Positions 24,542-37,498 of a stretch of DNA of 64,000 bases are shown here, piece after piece (positions within the stretch are counted from its first letter, which is position 1; every line of letters begins with the position of its first letter). Source of the DNA: Macrostomum lignano (Eukaryota); assembly GCA_002269645.1 (NCBI GenBank), contig NIVC01000543.1, positions 434,001 through 498,000 on the forward strand, written 5' to 3'. The position numbers and the translations under genes are program-made. The notes under the pieces are model-generated. The model saw only the letters and a list, made by a program, of their open reading frames with translations, ran no database searches and was not told the DNA's origin.

Positions 24542-25300
24542 GCTTTCGGTAATTAAAACAGAGGATTATAAAGGCTTTAATCGAAACAGTAAGGCGATCT
24601 ATATAACTTTTATCCCAACACATACATGGGCGAATGCCGCTGAAAAAAATTGTAGGGCCAGCGCCAGTTTAATTAGATGCAAATATTTCCAACGGGTATT
24701 GTAAACAGTACAATAAATAGACATGGCATGATCAATAAAATTTCCTGTCAACATTGATGCCCGGTGGCATCTGGTTAATAGATTCGGGTACAGAAGTAAA
24801 CAACGGGCACATGTCCAATCGGCAGTCTTTTCCGTGGTATTTGAGCCGCAGTCCGCGTTTTGCTTCTCCCGGTCCATTTTTGAGCCTTGTGCGCTGAAAA
24901 TTGACATTGACTTCAAGTGAACTCCCTCATCCGGATTTTGTCCGTTTCACTATCCGGAAGTTTATCACTGTAAGCCGGATTCACAGCCGGATAAAAAACC
25001 GGAACAACTCCGGGTAGAAAGTTATGATTCATCCGACTTTCATCCGCTTCTTATTCCGGTTGGCAGTCCGGTTTTCATCCGCTGATCGACCGGAGCAGGA
25101 ATCGGACACAATCCGGATAAAATGTGATCAATAAAAACACTTTAATCCGGTTTTGCTCCGGAGTTTCCTCCGTTTGTTAGTCCGGTAAGAACTGCCGGAT
25201 CAAAACCGGATAAAAATTCATTTTCGTCCGGAAAAGTCTAAAATTACGGATTAAACCGGATGAAGGCCGGGTAAATACCGGGTACCGACAGCCAGGCGGG

Positions 25301-25590
25301 TCAAATATGGGTCAATTATGACTCAACCATGGGTCAATTATGACTCAACTATGGGTCAATTATGACTCAACTATGACTCAAAATATGACTCAAATATTAC
25401 TCAACTATGACTCAAATATGGGTCAAATATGACTCACACTATAGGTCAACTTTGACCCAAACTATGGGTCAACTATGGCTCAAATATGGGTCAATTGACT
25501 CAAATATGGGTCAACTATGACTCAAATATGGGTCAACTATGACTTAAATATGGGTTAACCATGAGTCAGCTAAGACTCAACTATGACCTA
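25301..25590. repeat. Degenerate tatgactcaa/tatgggtcaa array, continuing at ~22820-22875 across the transposon
   Basis: Direct observation. Confidence 0.8.
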
Positions 25591-25745
25591 ACAATAAGTG
25601 AACAGACTCCATTATGAATATACTATGGGTCAATAACGGCCAATCAATGGCTTAAGCAGAGGTGAAATGCTCATGACACGGAACTCCAGCTGCAAGCTGA
25701 GCAAGTGGAAAATCAGATGATAAGCCTCAAAGTATCCCAGCAGCG

Positions 25746-27969
25746 TCACATGGCGTGCCCGACCAGGCCCTCCCTGGTGTAGGCCAGCAGGCTTTCAGTC
25801 TCCAGCATGGAGTCGGCAATTCGAGACCAAACTTGACGTTGAATTTTGCGCAGATTGGCCAGCGCGGTTCGGCACGATTCGGACTCGGTTGATGCGGCGG
25901 TTGCTATGGCGACGCCGTGATGTCGAAGGAACACGGCTAGGTATGCCTGCGTAGAGAAGTGAGCATCATAATGAGATTATTATTATCAGATCAGATTCAC
26001 GTTCAACTGCAAACGTTCCAGAATTAATAAACATCACTAAACAGCCCATCTGACGTCACTAAACAGCCCATCTGACGTCGCTAAACAGCCCATCTGACAT
26101 CACTAAACAGCCCATCTGACGTCGCTAAACAGCCCATCTGACATCACTAAACAGCCCATCTGACGTCGCTAAACAGCCCATCTGACATCACTAAACAGCC
26201 CATCTGACGTCGCTAAACAGCCCATCTGACATCGCTAAACAGCCCATCTGACGACACTAAACAGCCCATCTGACGTCACTAAACAGCCCATCTGACGTCG
26301 CTAAACAGCCCATCTGACATCACTAAACAGCCCATCTGACGTCACTAAACAGCCCATCTGACGTCGCTAAACAGCCCATCTGACATCACTAAACAGCCCA
26401 TCTGACGTCACTAAACAGCCCATCTGACGTCGCTAAACAGCTCATCTGACGACACTAAACCGCTCATCTGACGTCACTAAACAGCCCATCTGACGTCACT
26501 AAACCGCCCCCATCTGACGTCACTAAACCGCCCCCACCTGACGTCACTAAATAGCTCATCTGACGTCACTAAACAGCCCATATGACGTCACTAAACAGCC
26601 CACCTGACATCACTAAACAGCCCATCTGACGTCACTAAACAGCCCATCTGACGTCGCTAAACAGCCCATCTGACGTCACTAAACAGCCCATCTGACGTCA
26701 CTAAACAGCCCATCTGACGTCGCTAAACAGCCCATCTGACGTCACTAAACCGCCCATCTGACGTCGCTAAACAGCTCATCTGACGACACTAAACCGCTCA
26801 TCTGACGTCACTAAACAGCCCATCTGACGTCACTAAACCGCCCCCATCTGACGTCACTAAACCGCCCCCACCTGACGTCACTAAACAGCTCATCTGACGT
26901 CACTAAACCGCCCCCACCTGACGTCACTAAACAGCCCATCTGACGTCACTAAACAGCCCATCTGACGTCACTAAACAGCCCATCTGACGTCACTAAACAG
27001 CCCACCTGACATCACTAAACAGCCCATCTGACGTCACTGAACAGCCCATCTGACGTCACTAAACAGCTCATCTGACGTCACTAAACCGCCCCCATCTGAC
27101 GTCACTAAACAGCTCATCTGACGTCACTAAACCGCCCCCATCTGACGTCACTAAACAGCTCATCTGACGTCACTAAACCGCCCCCACCTGACGTCACTAA
27201 ACAGCTCATCTGACGTCACTAGGGAAGCCTGTGCGAAGCTCACCAGCTCACGCAATTCACGCAACTGAAGGACTCACCTGGCTGGTTTCAAAATGAGTGC
27301 CCCGTTCCAAGCAGGCGGCGGCGGCATGCAGGAACGCGGCGAACGAATCGTCTGACAGATCGCGAATCTCCGAGTCGATAGCGGTCGGGTTCAGGCCTTC
27401 CAAGTGAGCCAAGCAGGCGATGAGGCGATCCTGGCGGCTGTCCTCAGAGCTGGCGTCATCGCTAGCCAGAAGCAGCCGTCTGGAGAACTCGGACAGCAGA
27501 ATGGGCTCTGACTGCCTGCTGGAAATTTCCGCTGCACCCGTGGAATCCAGCGGCTCCAGCGCCGACTTCGCCGCAGTTGTCGACCTTGTCGAAGACGAAG
27601 TTGCGCCGAGGAAAAACGGAGCCGCCTTCGGCACCAACGGCTGCTGGACTGCGTTGCGCGCCCGGATGGCGTCCAGATCGACCAGGCACTGCCAGCGGCC
27701 GGGCGGCAGGCCCGTCAGAGTCACCAGACCGTCGCCTCCGGTGCTGTCGCCGTCTGAGTCCGCTACGGCTGCTGATGCCGAGTCCACCGTCAGGCCGCCA
27801 ATGAGCGGCTTGAATAGAGTGCTGTTCACCCACACCTGCGAGTGGACGGCGCGGGGATGCGGAATGAGGCTGCTATAGACAGAACCCGACAATCAGGCTA
27901 GTCAGGGCAGGCTCGAAGACGGACAGACTAAGGCACAAGTCTGATTGCAGACACTGAGACAGAAAATAG

Positions 27970-28000
<31 letters not shown>

Positions 28001-31000
28001 GGACAGACAGACAGGCAGACAGACAGACAGCTTACCTGCAGGCCCAGCCGGTCCTGGTGCCCAGTAACCAGCAGGTCCCCAGTAGGCGACATATCGAAGC
28101 ACACAATAGGCGGTGCCGGACAGTCTAGCCTGTCGATGAGGCAGCCCAGCATCACCGAGTAGGTGTACAGGCTGCTGCCGACTGCGGCCATCAGCCAGGC
28201 GCCGTCGGGGCTGAACCGCAGCCGGCTGACCGGCTGGCCGCGCGAGCCCGTGGCGATGGCGCGCATCGGCTCGGACACGGACGGCGCCAGCTGGTACAGC
28301 CGGATCTCGGCCGCCGAGGCCACAGCCACCAGGCCAGACGCCCGGTGCAACTCCGCCGCGGTGGCGCCACCCGAGTCTGGATTCTCGAAGACGGTCAGCG
28401 AAGCCAGCCGATGGCCTCGCTTGAAGGCGTAGACGCCGAGGCCTCCGTTGACGTCGACGGCCAGCGCCATGCGGTTGTGCGCGTCGCAGCGGACGCACAG
28501 AGCCGCTGCCGGCAGCGTCGGCTCGTAGGGCTTCTTGGCCTCGCGACCGGATTGGACATTGTAGCGGATCACGTGACCGGTGCTGTAGCCAATCAGAACA
28601 AAGTTGCCGCAGCCACTGATGTCGACGCTGGTAGCCACGGCCGTCTTGTAGGCGGCCTCGTTGCTGGACATGAGCTGCGGCTCCAGGCGCAGGTGGCCCT
28701 GGCAGCCTTTGCGCAAATCCCAGGTGGTTGCCAGGCGGCTGCCGGAGTGGCAGGCGACCATTGTGCACCAGTCTCCGTGCCTGAAGTTTGGGGACAATTT
28801 GAATGCGCGCTTTGAATGGAAGATGCCAAGATGATCAGGGAGATGCCAAGATGATCAGGGAGATGCCAAGATGATCAGGGAGATGCCAAGATGATTAGGG
28901 AGATGCCAAGATGATCAGGGAGATGCCAAGATGATCAGGGAGATGCCAAGATGATCAGGGAGATGCCAAGATGATTAGGGAGATGCCAAGATGATTAGGG
29001 AGATGCCAAGATGATCAGGGAGATGCCAAGATGATCAGGGAGATGCCAAGATGATCAGGGAGATGCCAAGATTATCAGGGAGATGCCAAGATGATCAGGG
29101 AGATGCCAAGATGATCAGGGAGATGCCAAGATGATCAGGGATGCCAAGATGATCAGGGAGATGCCAATGTGATCAGGGAGATGCCAAGATGATCAGGGAG
29201 ATGCCAAGATGATCAGGGAGATGCCAAGATGATCAGGGAGATGCCAAGATGATCAAGGAGATGCCAAGATGATCAGGGAGATGCCAAGGTGATAAGGGTG
29301 ACAAGATGCTAAGATCCCCAAAGGATTTCTCTGAAGCGATAATCCCATTGATATCATGTCGGCGACTAGCGACAGTTTCTCACCTGGCCGGCTCGCAGGC
29401 GAGAGCGCTAACAGGCGGCAGGATCTGGCCAAGCGACTTGCCGCTCCGCTTAGCCTTGCCGAGGCAGCGGCTGAGGCTCTCCGACTCCAGGCTGAACAGC
29501 CGGACGCCGCTGTCCAGCCCGGTGCTGAGCAGATCGGCGCCGAAGACGCCACCGACGCCGGCGCCCGCGTAGAATCGGACATCGCTAGGCGGCCGGCTGT
29601 GTCCGGCGCGCTGGTGCAGCAGGCGCGGCAGATGGTCGCCCGGCCGGTCGAAGATCCAAATGCGCAGGCAGTTGTCCGCCCCGGTGGTGACCAGCAGCGG
29701 CTGCGAGTGCAGGCAGGCCAGGCCCGCGATGGCGGCCGAAGGGTGGGCGTCGTTCAGCAGGCCGCAAACCCGACGGTCTTCGAGATGCCACACCGTCACC
29801 TGGCCCTGGCGAGGATAGGAGGGGTCAGGGTGAGGGCTAGTATTGGAGGTGCGGTGGGTGCACCTGTTATCTGTGGAGGTGGGGTGGGTGCACCTGTTAT
29901 CAGTGGAGGTGGGGTGGGTGCACCTGTTATCAGTGGAGGTGGGGTGGGTGCACCTGTTATCAGTGGTGGGGTGGGTGCACCTGTTATCAGTGGAGATGGG
30001 GTGGGTGCACCTGTTATCAGTGGAGGTGCGGTGGGTGCACCTGTTATCAATGCAGGTGGGGTGGGTGCACCTGTTATCAGTGGAGATGGGGTGGGTGCAC
30101 CTGTTATCAGTGGAGATGGGGTGGGTGCACCTGTTATTAGTGGAGGTGGGGTGGGTGCACCTGTTATTAGTGGAGGTGGGGTGGGTGCACCTGTTATTAG
30201 TGGAGGTGGGGTGGGTGCACCTGTTATTAGTGGAGGTGGGGTGGGTGCACCTGTTATCAATGGAGGTGGGGTGGGTGCACCTGTTATCAGTGGAGGAAGG
30301 TTGGGTGCACCTGATATCAGTAGAGTTGGCATGGTTGCAGTGGGGGTGAGAGCCAATTCCATAATTGCATACCTGCCGCGATCCGCTGAGCATAATAGGC
30401 TGCCCGTCAGTACGGAAGGTAAGGCCGGCCACCGGTCCGAAGTCCTGCCTCAGCTTGACCACGGTGACATCGCAGCGCAGATGATGCAGCAGGATCAGGC
30501 CGCTGGCCAGGCCCACAGCCAGCAGGTCCTCGGCAGGCGCCTGGGTCAGGCAGGTGACGCCGGCCTCCAACGGTTGGAAGGCGTGCACCAGCCGGGCCTT
30601 CACTACGTTCCAGATTTGCAGGTGAGCGGCGGCGCCGGCCGAGCCCAGCACGATCTTGTTGGTGAAGGTGAACGGGTGGCACAGGGCCGAGACGGGATAG
30701 GCCGACGCGTCCAGCTCCACGGTGCCGATGAGCTGCCCGATGGCGATGTCCGGCAGCATCGTCCAGGTGTGCATCCGGTTGTCTTCCGTCACGCCGACCA
30801 GCAGGTGGCCGAAGCATTCCAGGAAACGCAGGCCGACGCCCTGCGCCGCGGCCGGATAGGCGTCGACTTCGCGAGAGTTTCGAACGATGAACAGGCCGCC
30901 GAGGCTGCCGCCGGCGATCACGTGACCTTTGTGCTGCGTCAGGCAGGTCACCTCTTCGGGGAACGGGTCGCTGACTGTCTTCAGACCGGAGTTCGAGACC

Positions 31001-33301
31001 TGAGTGCAAAGGGCCGTTAGCGAGTATCACCTTTAAGATCTATTGGTAAGGAATTTAGTCAACAGCATTGCCAAGTTTGGGACTCGAATCTTGAGGTGGT
31101 TTGGGACTCGAATCTGGGGTGGTTTTGGACTCGAATCTGGGGTGGTTTGGGACTCGAATATTGGTGGTTTGGGACTCGAATCTGGGGTGGTTTGGGACTC
31201 GAATCTGGGGTGGTTTGGGACTCGAATCTGGGATGGTTTGGGACTCGAATCTGGGGTGGTTTGGGACTCGAATCTGGAGCAGTTTGGGACTCGAATCTGG
31301 GGTGGTTTGGGACTCGAATCTGGAGCAGTTTGGGACTCGAATCTGGGGTGGTTTGGGACTCGAATCTGGGGCAGTTTGGGACTCGAATCTGGGGTGGTTT
31401 GGGACTCGAATCTGGGGCAGTTTGAGACTCGAATCTGGGGTGGTTTGGGACTCGAATATCTGGGGTGGTTTGGGACTCGAATCTTGGTGGTTTGGGACTC
31501 GAATATCTGGGGTGGTTTGGGACTCGAATCTTGGTGGTTTGGGACTCGAATATCTGGGGTGGTTTGGGACTCGAATCTGGGGTGGTTTGGGACTCGAATC
31601 TGGGGTGGTTTGGGACTCGAATCTGGGGCAGTTTGGGACTCGAATCTGGGGTGGTTTGGGACTCGAATCTGGGGCAGTTTGAGACTCGAATCTGGGGTGG
31701 TTTGGGACTCGAATATCTGGGGTGGTTTGGGACTCGAATCTTGGTGGTTTGGGACTCGAATATCTGGGGTGGTTTGGGACTCGAATCTGGGGTGGTTTGG
31801 GACTCGAATCTGGGGTGGTTTGGGACTCGAATCTGGAATGGTTTGGGACTCGAATCTGGAATGATTTGGGACTCGAATCTGGGGTGGTTTGGGACTCGAA
31901 TCTGGGATGGTTTGGGACTCGAATCTGGGTGGTTTGGGACTCGAATCTGGGGCAGTTTGGGACTCGAATCTGGGGTGGTTTGGGACTCGAATCTGGGGTG
32001 GTTTGGGATTCGAATCTGGGGTGGTTTAGGACTCGAATCTTGGTGGTTTGGGACTCGAATCTGGGGTGGTTTGGGACTCGAATATTTGGGGTGGTTTGGG
32101 ACAGAATCTGGGGTGGTTTGGGACTCAAATATCTGGGGTGGTTTGGGACTCGAATCTGGGGTGGTTTGGGACTCGAATCTGGGGTGGTTTGGGACTCGAA
32201 TCTGGGGTGGTTTGGGACTCGAATCTTGGTGGTTTGGGACTCGAATCTTGGTGGTTTGAGACTCGAATCTTGGTGGTTTGGGACTCGAATCTTGGTGGTT
32301 TTGGACTCGAATCTGGGGTGGTTTTGGACTCGAATCTGGGATGGTTTGGGACTCGAATCTGGGGCAGTTTGGGACTCGAATCTGGGGTGGTTTGGGACTC
32401 GAATCTGGGGCAGTTTGAGACTCGAATCTGGGGTGGTTTGGGACTCGAATATCTGGGGTGGTTTGGGACTCGAATCTTGGTGGTTTGGGACTCGAATATC
32501 TGGGGTGGTTTGGGACTCGAATCTGGGGTGGTTTGGGACTCGAATCTGGGGTGGTTTGGGACTCGAATCTGGAATGGTTTGGGACTCGAATCTGGAATGA
32601 TTTGGGACTCGAATCTGGGGTGGTTTGGGACTCGAATCTGGGATGGTTTGGGACTCGAATCTGGGGTGGTTTGGGACTCGAATCTGGGGCAGTTTGGGAC
32701 TCGAATCTGGGGTGGTTTGGGACTCGAATCTGGGGTGGTTTGGGATTCGAATCTGGGGTGGTTTAGGACTCGAATCTTGGTGGTTTGGGACTCGAATCTG
32801 GGGTGGTTTGGGACTCGAATATTTGGGGTGGTTTGGGACAGAATCTGGGGTGGTTTGGGACTCAAATATCTGGGGTGGTTTGGGACTCGAATCTGGGGTG
32901 GTTTGGGACTCGAATCTGGGGTGGTTTGGGACTCGAATCTGGGGTGGTTTGGGACTCGAATCTTGGTGGTTTGGGACTCGAATCTTGGTGGTTTGAGACT
33001 CGAATCTTGGTGGTTTGGGACTCGAATCTTGGTGGTTTTGGACTCGAATCTGGGGTGGTTTTGGACTCGAATCTGGGATGGTTTGGGACCCGACTCAGGG
33101 TTTGTTTTCTAAGGCAATTACGCTCGCGAGGGCTGCATGCTTGATGTCAAACTTCAGTGGTCGCACCTTGTAGGTGAGCAGCCGCTTCTCGGCCACGGTG
33201 GACACGTAGAACTCCCTGTGGCCGGGGTGGAAGCGCACCACAGGGGGCACAGTGTTGCACACGACGCCGACAGACCGGTAGGGCGAGAACACGTGCGACA
33301 T
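25746..33301 (-). CDS. WDR36: WD repeat protein 36 (UTP21); exons 33167-33301, 30373-30999, 29384-29805, 28036-28780, 27278-27835, 25746-25946 (895 aa)
   Basis: VFSPYRSVGVVCN, HPFTFTNKIVLGS, LQIWNV, LAVGLASG, LTFRTDG, LLVTTGADNCLRIWIFD, CGNFVLIGYSTG, FSPDGAWL, MSPTGDLLVTGH, QAYLAVFLRHH. Splice phases are consistent. Confidence 0.93.
26034..27220. repeat. 22-bp minisatellite rich in TGACGTCA, WDR36 intron 5
   Basis: Unit cactaaacagcccatctgacgt. Confidence 0.95.
28822..29287. repeat. 20-bp minisatellite, WDR36 intron 3
   Basis: Unit gatgccaagatgatcaggga. Confidence 0.95.
29835..30320. repeat. 30-bp G-rich minisatellite, WDR36 intron 2
   Basis: Unit ggtggggtgggtgcacctgttatcagtgga. Confidence 0.95.
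31075..33090. repeat. ~21-23-bp minisatellite with an internal ~737-bp duplication, WDR36 intron 1
   Basis: Unit tttgggactcgaatctggggtgg; variant acagaatc occurs at 32101 and 32838. Confidence 0.95.
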
Positions 33302-33857
33302 CAGGAAGAGAGAAAATGTACTGTTAGATACTTAATATTTAAATGCGCGATTCTTTGACTGATTGCAATAACTAAATAAAGCTAGACATTATCTAGGCAG
33401 AATGCAGACAGACACACAGACAGGTAGAAAGATCGGTAGGACACAGAATAATTACATAATTTCGAGCTATGAAAAGAAAAATTCGGCTTATTTCTGGAGC
33501 GGCTTTGGCTCAATGTATTAAATAAGTTAAACAAAAACATTCGCAATTTGCTTCATAATGTACGAGCCGTAAAACTGTTTGAGCACATTGAAACGCCGCA
33601 TTGCTTTGGCGAACTTAGTTTATTAGAAAATGCACGGGGTAGGGGCACTAATTGGAGCAAATGCTAAGTTTATATTTATAGTGCAAATTGTTATGATTTT
33701 GTATAATAATAATAATAACATGCGCCTTATACCAAAAATTCGTTTACAAGACCAATACAAATACATGCGTGCTGGCTCACAGTGAAATGCAAATTTATGT
33801 AAATTTTACTCAACATTCACAAATATGTGCAATATTTTAATAACACATTACCACTAT

Positions 33858-34385
33858 AGCAACATCCCGCCTTGCCTAGCAACATCCCGATCTTGCCTAG
33901 CAACATCCCGATCTTGCCTAGCAACATCCCGATCCTGCCTAGCAACATCCCAATCCTGTCTAGCAACATTCCAATTCCGCCTAGCAACATCCCGATCCTG
34001 CCTAGCAACATCCCAATCCCGCCTAGCAACATCCCGCCTTGCCTAGCAACATCCCGATCTTGCCTAGCAACATCCCGATCCTGCCTAGCAACATCCCGAT
34101 CCTGCCTAGCAACATTCCAATCCCGCCTAGCAACATCCCAATCCTGCCTAGCAACATTCCAATCTTGTCCAGCAACATCCCGCCTTGCCTAGCAACATCC
34201 CGATCCTGCCTAGCAACATACCAAACCAGCCTAGCAACATACCAAATCAGCCTGGCAACATCCCGATCCTGCCTAGCATCATCCCGATCCTATCTAGCAA
34301 CATCCCAATCCCACCTAGCAACATCCGAATCCCGTCTAACAACATCCCGATCCCGCCCAGCAACATCCCGATCTTGCCTAACAAG
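33858..34385. repeat. ~21-bp minisatellite between PRIM1 and WDR36
   Basis: Unit gcctagcaacatcccgatcct. Confidence 0.9.
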
Positions 34386-34442
34386 ATCCCGATCGCGTCA
34401 AATCTGTCAACCAAAGCCCGAGTCGCCATTGCACACAGCAAG

Positions 34443-36170
34443 CTAGAGAATCTCGCCCCCATTGCTGGCATCCCGCAGCGCAGCCCCAGCAGCGGCAGCG
34501 CCGTCGGCAGCCTGAGCTTCGTCAGCGCGCAGGCTGTCAACAAACTTGGCAAACAATTCAATGGAAGCCTTCAAAGAAGTGGACTTGTAAGCCATGAGAT
34601 GCGGCTTCTGTTGCTGCTGCTGAGCAGAGGCGGAACTGAGCTCGGCAAGCAGCTGGGCCAGGGTGGGCACAGAGTCCGGCTCGAAGCTGTCAACAGCCGC
34701 CGGATCGAACGGCACGCAGATTCGGCCAGTCTTGGGGTGGACGCAGAACGGCGCCTTCAACAGGTGATTGACGCCGGTGCTGACGCCCACGTCCAGCCTG
34801 GGGTAGGCGTACTGGATCAGCAGCTGCTGCTCCACATCCTGCCGGCCTCGGCTCACGGCGAACTTGCTGATCGTCTTCCAGCGCTTCAAGGACGGATAGG
34901 CGTCGGATCGGCCAGCCAGGAGGCCACGGCGGTGTCCGCCACCGAGCGGAGATCCTCGGGCAGCTGCGCCAACAGGGCGCGGGTTCGATCCTCGGTGCCG
35001 AACAGATCCTGCTGACGGACCAGATCGTCAAATTGGCGACGAATAGCGTCGGCTGCCGCGGCGACGCTGGGATGGCACTTCGGCGGCTGCTGCTGGCCCT
35101 GCTGGGGCTGCTTGTCTCCGGGCCGGCGCACCAGGGACAGGTACTCGATCACGGCGGTGCGAGCATTGGCCGACAGTTGCCGGGCGGTGCGGTCGCAAAT
35201 CCAACAGTGAATGCCGCGACGGCCGGAGTAAACCCACAGCAGGTGGCGGAACCCGAAGTCGCAGCGCAGGGCCCGGTCCAGGACCTGGCGGTGCGGAAAT
35301 CGGCTTTATATTAGTTGCCCACACCTGCTCCAGTCTTGCGCCAGGCCTGAGGCCCAACACCAGCCAAGAAGGGAATCTCAAACTAGCCTTGGGATCCGAG
35401 AACACCCAATGCCAGGCAAAGAACCGGAGCCAGCCCTGAAGCACCCCAAATCAGCCCCGAAGCACCTTCAAAACCAGGCATAACCACCAAAAGCCAGCCC
35501 TGAAGCACCATAAACGAGCCCTGAAGCACGATAAACCAACCCTGAAGCACGCAAAGTCAGCCCTGAAGCACCCAAAGCTAGCCCTGAAGCACCCAAAGCC
35601 AGCCCTGAAGCACTATAAACGAGCCCTGAAGCACGATAAACGAGCCCTGAAGCACGATAAACGAGCCCTGAAGCACGATAAACCAGCCCTGAAGCACCCA
35701 AAGCCAGCCCTGAAGCAATCAAAGCCAGCCCTGAAGCACCCAAAGCCAGCCCTGAAGCACCATACCTGCACAGCGATCCGCATGAACAGCCAGCACTTTG
35801 AGCACACGCGAGCATCTGAGCAGCACAGCCGAACTCCGTCATAGTCGGTGAGGTCAATATCGATCACCAGCTCTTTTTCCTTAGCCTGGAAGGCCCCGCC
35901 GCTGACGGTCGCTCTGTCCCGCGGCCGGCAGCTGTACACGGCGCCGATGTCAATCTTCTCGGGCCGACGGTCCAGCAGGGCTCCGCGAAACTCGGACTCG
36001 TAATTGTAGCTGAGAAATCTCAGGTAGATATCATCGTGCAGGGTCATGGAGAATTCCCTGTTGGCAAAGTAGGCTGGGGATCTGTAGGACAGCCACTGCA
36101 CCATCAGGTGGGTGGGGTACAGCCGCTTGTAGTAGGTTGCCAGCTCCTCCGGTAGCAGCTCCGCGCACAT
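34443..36170 (-). CDS. PRIM1: DNA primase small subunit; exons 35766-36170 and 34443-35284; 1-nt frameshift near 34890-34915 as assembled
   Basis: YYKRLYP, NREFSMTL, KIDIGAVY, EKELVIDIDLTDYD, LWVYSGRRGIHCW, YPRLDVGVS..HLLKAPFCVHPKTGRICVP. The exon sum is 1247 nt, not a multiple of 3. Confidence 0.92.
35435..35760. repeat. 21-bp minisatellite, PRIM1 intron
   Basis: Unit gccctgaagcacgataaacga. Confidence 0.9.
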
Positions 36171-36271
36171 GGTCAAAGGCTGCTGAAGTAGGAAAGCAAA
36201 ATCAAGCAAACTTTATCCCATCATCCCATTTAATTTCCATCTCGATCACCACAACCATCCACCACAACTAT

Positions 36272-37062
36272 CCCCATCACACTGGAAATATCCCCATCAC
36301 ACTGGAAATATCCCCATCACACTGGAAATATCCCCATCACACTGGAAATATCCCCATCACACTGGAAATATCCCCACCACACTGGAAATATCCCCATCAC
36401 ACTGAAAATATCCCCATCACACTGGAAATATCCCCATCACACTGGAAATATCCCCATCACACTGGAAATATCCCCATCACACTGGAAATATCCCCATCAC
36501 ACTGGAAATATCCACATCACACTTAAAATATCCCCATCACACTGGAAATATCCACATCACACTGGAAATATCCCCATCACACTTGAAATATCCCCATCAC
36601 ACTGGAAATATCCACATCACACTGGAAATATCCCCATTACACTGGAAATATCCCCATCACACTGGAAATATCCCCATCACCCTGGAAATATCCCCATCAC
36701 ACTGGAAATATCCCCATCACACTGGAAATATCCCCATGACACTTGAAATATCCCTATCACACTGGAATATCCCCATCACACTGGAAATATCCCCATCACA
36801 CTGGAAATATCCCCATCACACTTGAAATGTCCCCATCACACTTGAAATATCCCTATCACACTGGAATATCCCATCACACTTGAAATATCCCCATCACACT
36901 GGAAATATCCCTATCACACTGGAAATATCCCCACCACACTGGAAATATCCCCATCACACTGAAAATATCCCCATCACACTGGAAATATCCCCATCACACT
37001 GGAAATATCCCCATCACACTGGAAATATCCCCATCACACTGGAAATATCCCCATCACACTGA
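36272..37062. repeat. 20-bp minisatellite upstream of PRIM1
   Basis: Unit cacactggaaatatccccat. Confidence 0.95.
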
Positions 37063-37498
37063 AATAATAAATAATAATGAATAATATTGACTGAACAATT
37101 TTATTTGTGAAATAAATTACAATTATAAAATGTAGTTAATATTTACTTGCAAATTCAAAATGAGCAATAGTTATAAACGATGAACATAAAGACAATTCAA
37201 TTAAAATACACTTACTAGTTAACAAACGGTTTATAATAATTAGCACAATTAATAGCATGCAGCAATGTTTTAAAAAATTATCAATTGCAGCACAGACGTG
37301 CAACAGGCAGCGAGTTTTACTTTTTTCATCAGGAGAAATGATTTATAAACGAAATAAAAAAACGAATAATTACACAATGTAAAATACTATTAATTTTAAC
37401 ACAAACAACTTTTAAAGTGAATATTTCTAGAAGTCCAGTCTTTTGATGAAAAAACTTGTCACTTTTAAGAAACGTACGAGTAGATTAAGAACGCCAAA

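Larger units (their letters stand above)
22876..25300. mobile_element. Non-autonomous TIR element (CCC...GGG ends, 2-bp TSD TC, TCCGG-rich subterminal repeats; CMC/EnSpm-like) carrying two nested insertions
   Basis: Ends are CCCGCCGGGCTG and CAGCCAGGCGGG. It interrupts a gactcaaatatggg minisatellite, and dense ccgga/tccgg motifs occur in both arms. Confidence 0.75.

Noticed and set aside
29356-31020. 554-aa plus-strand ORF and other antisense ORFs over exons
   Set aside because: These are shadows of GC-rich WDR36, XPF and MED12 exons plus a repeat, with no recognisable domain.
34886-34888. Selenocysteine readthrough of the PRIM1 TGA, given the EEFSEC neighbour
   Set aside because: The conserved downstream sequence is in a different frame, so readthrough would not restore the protein.
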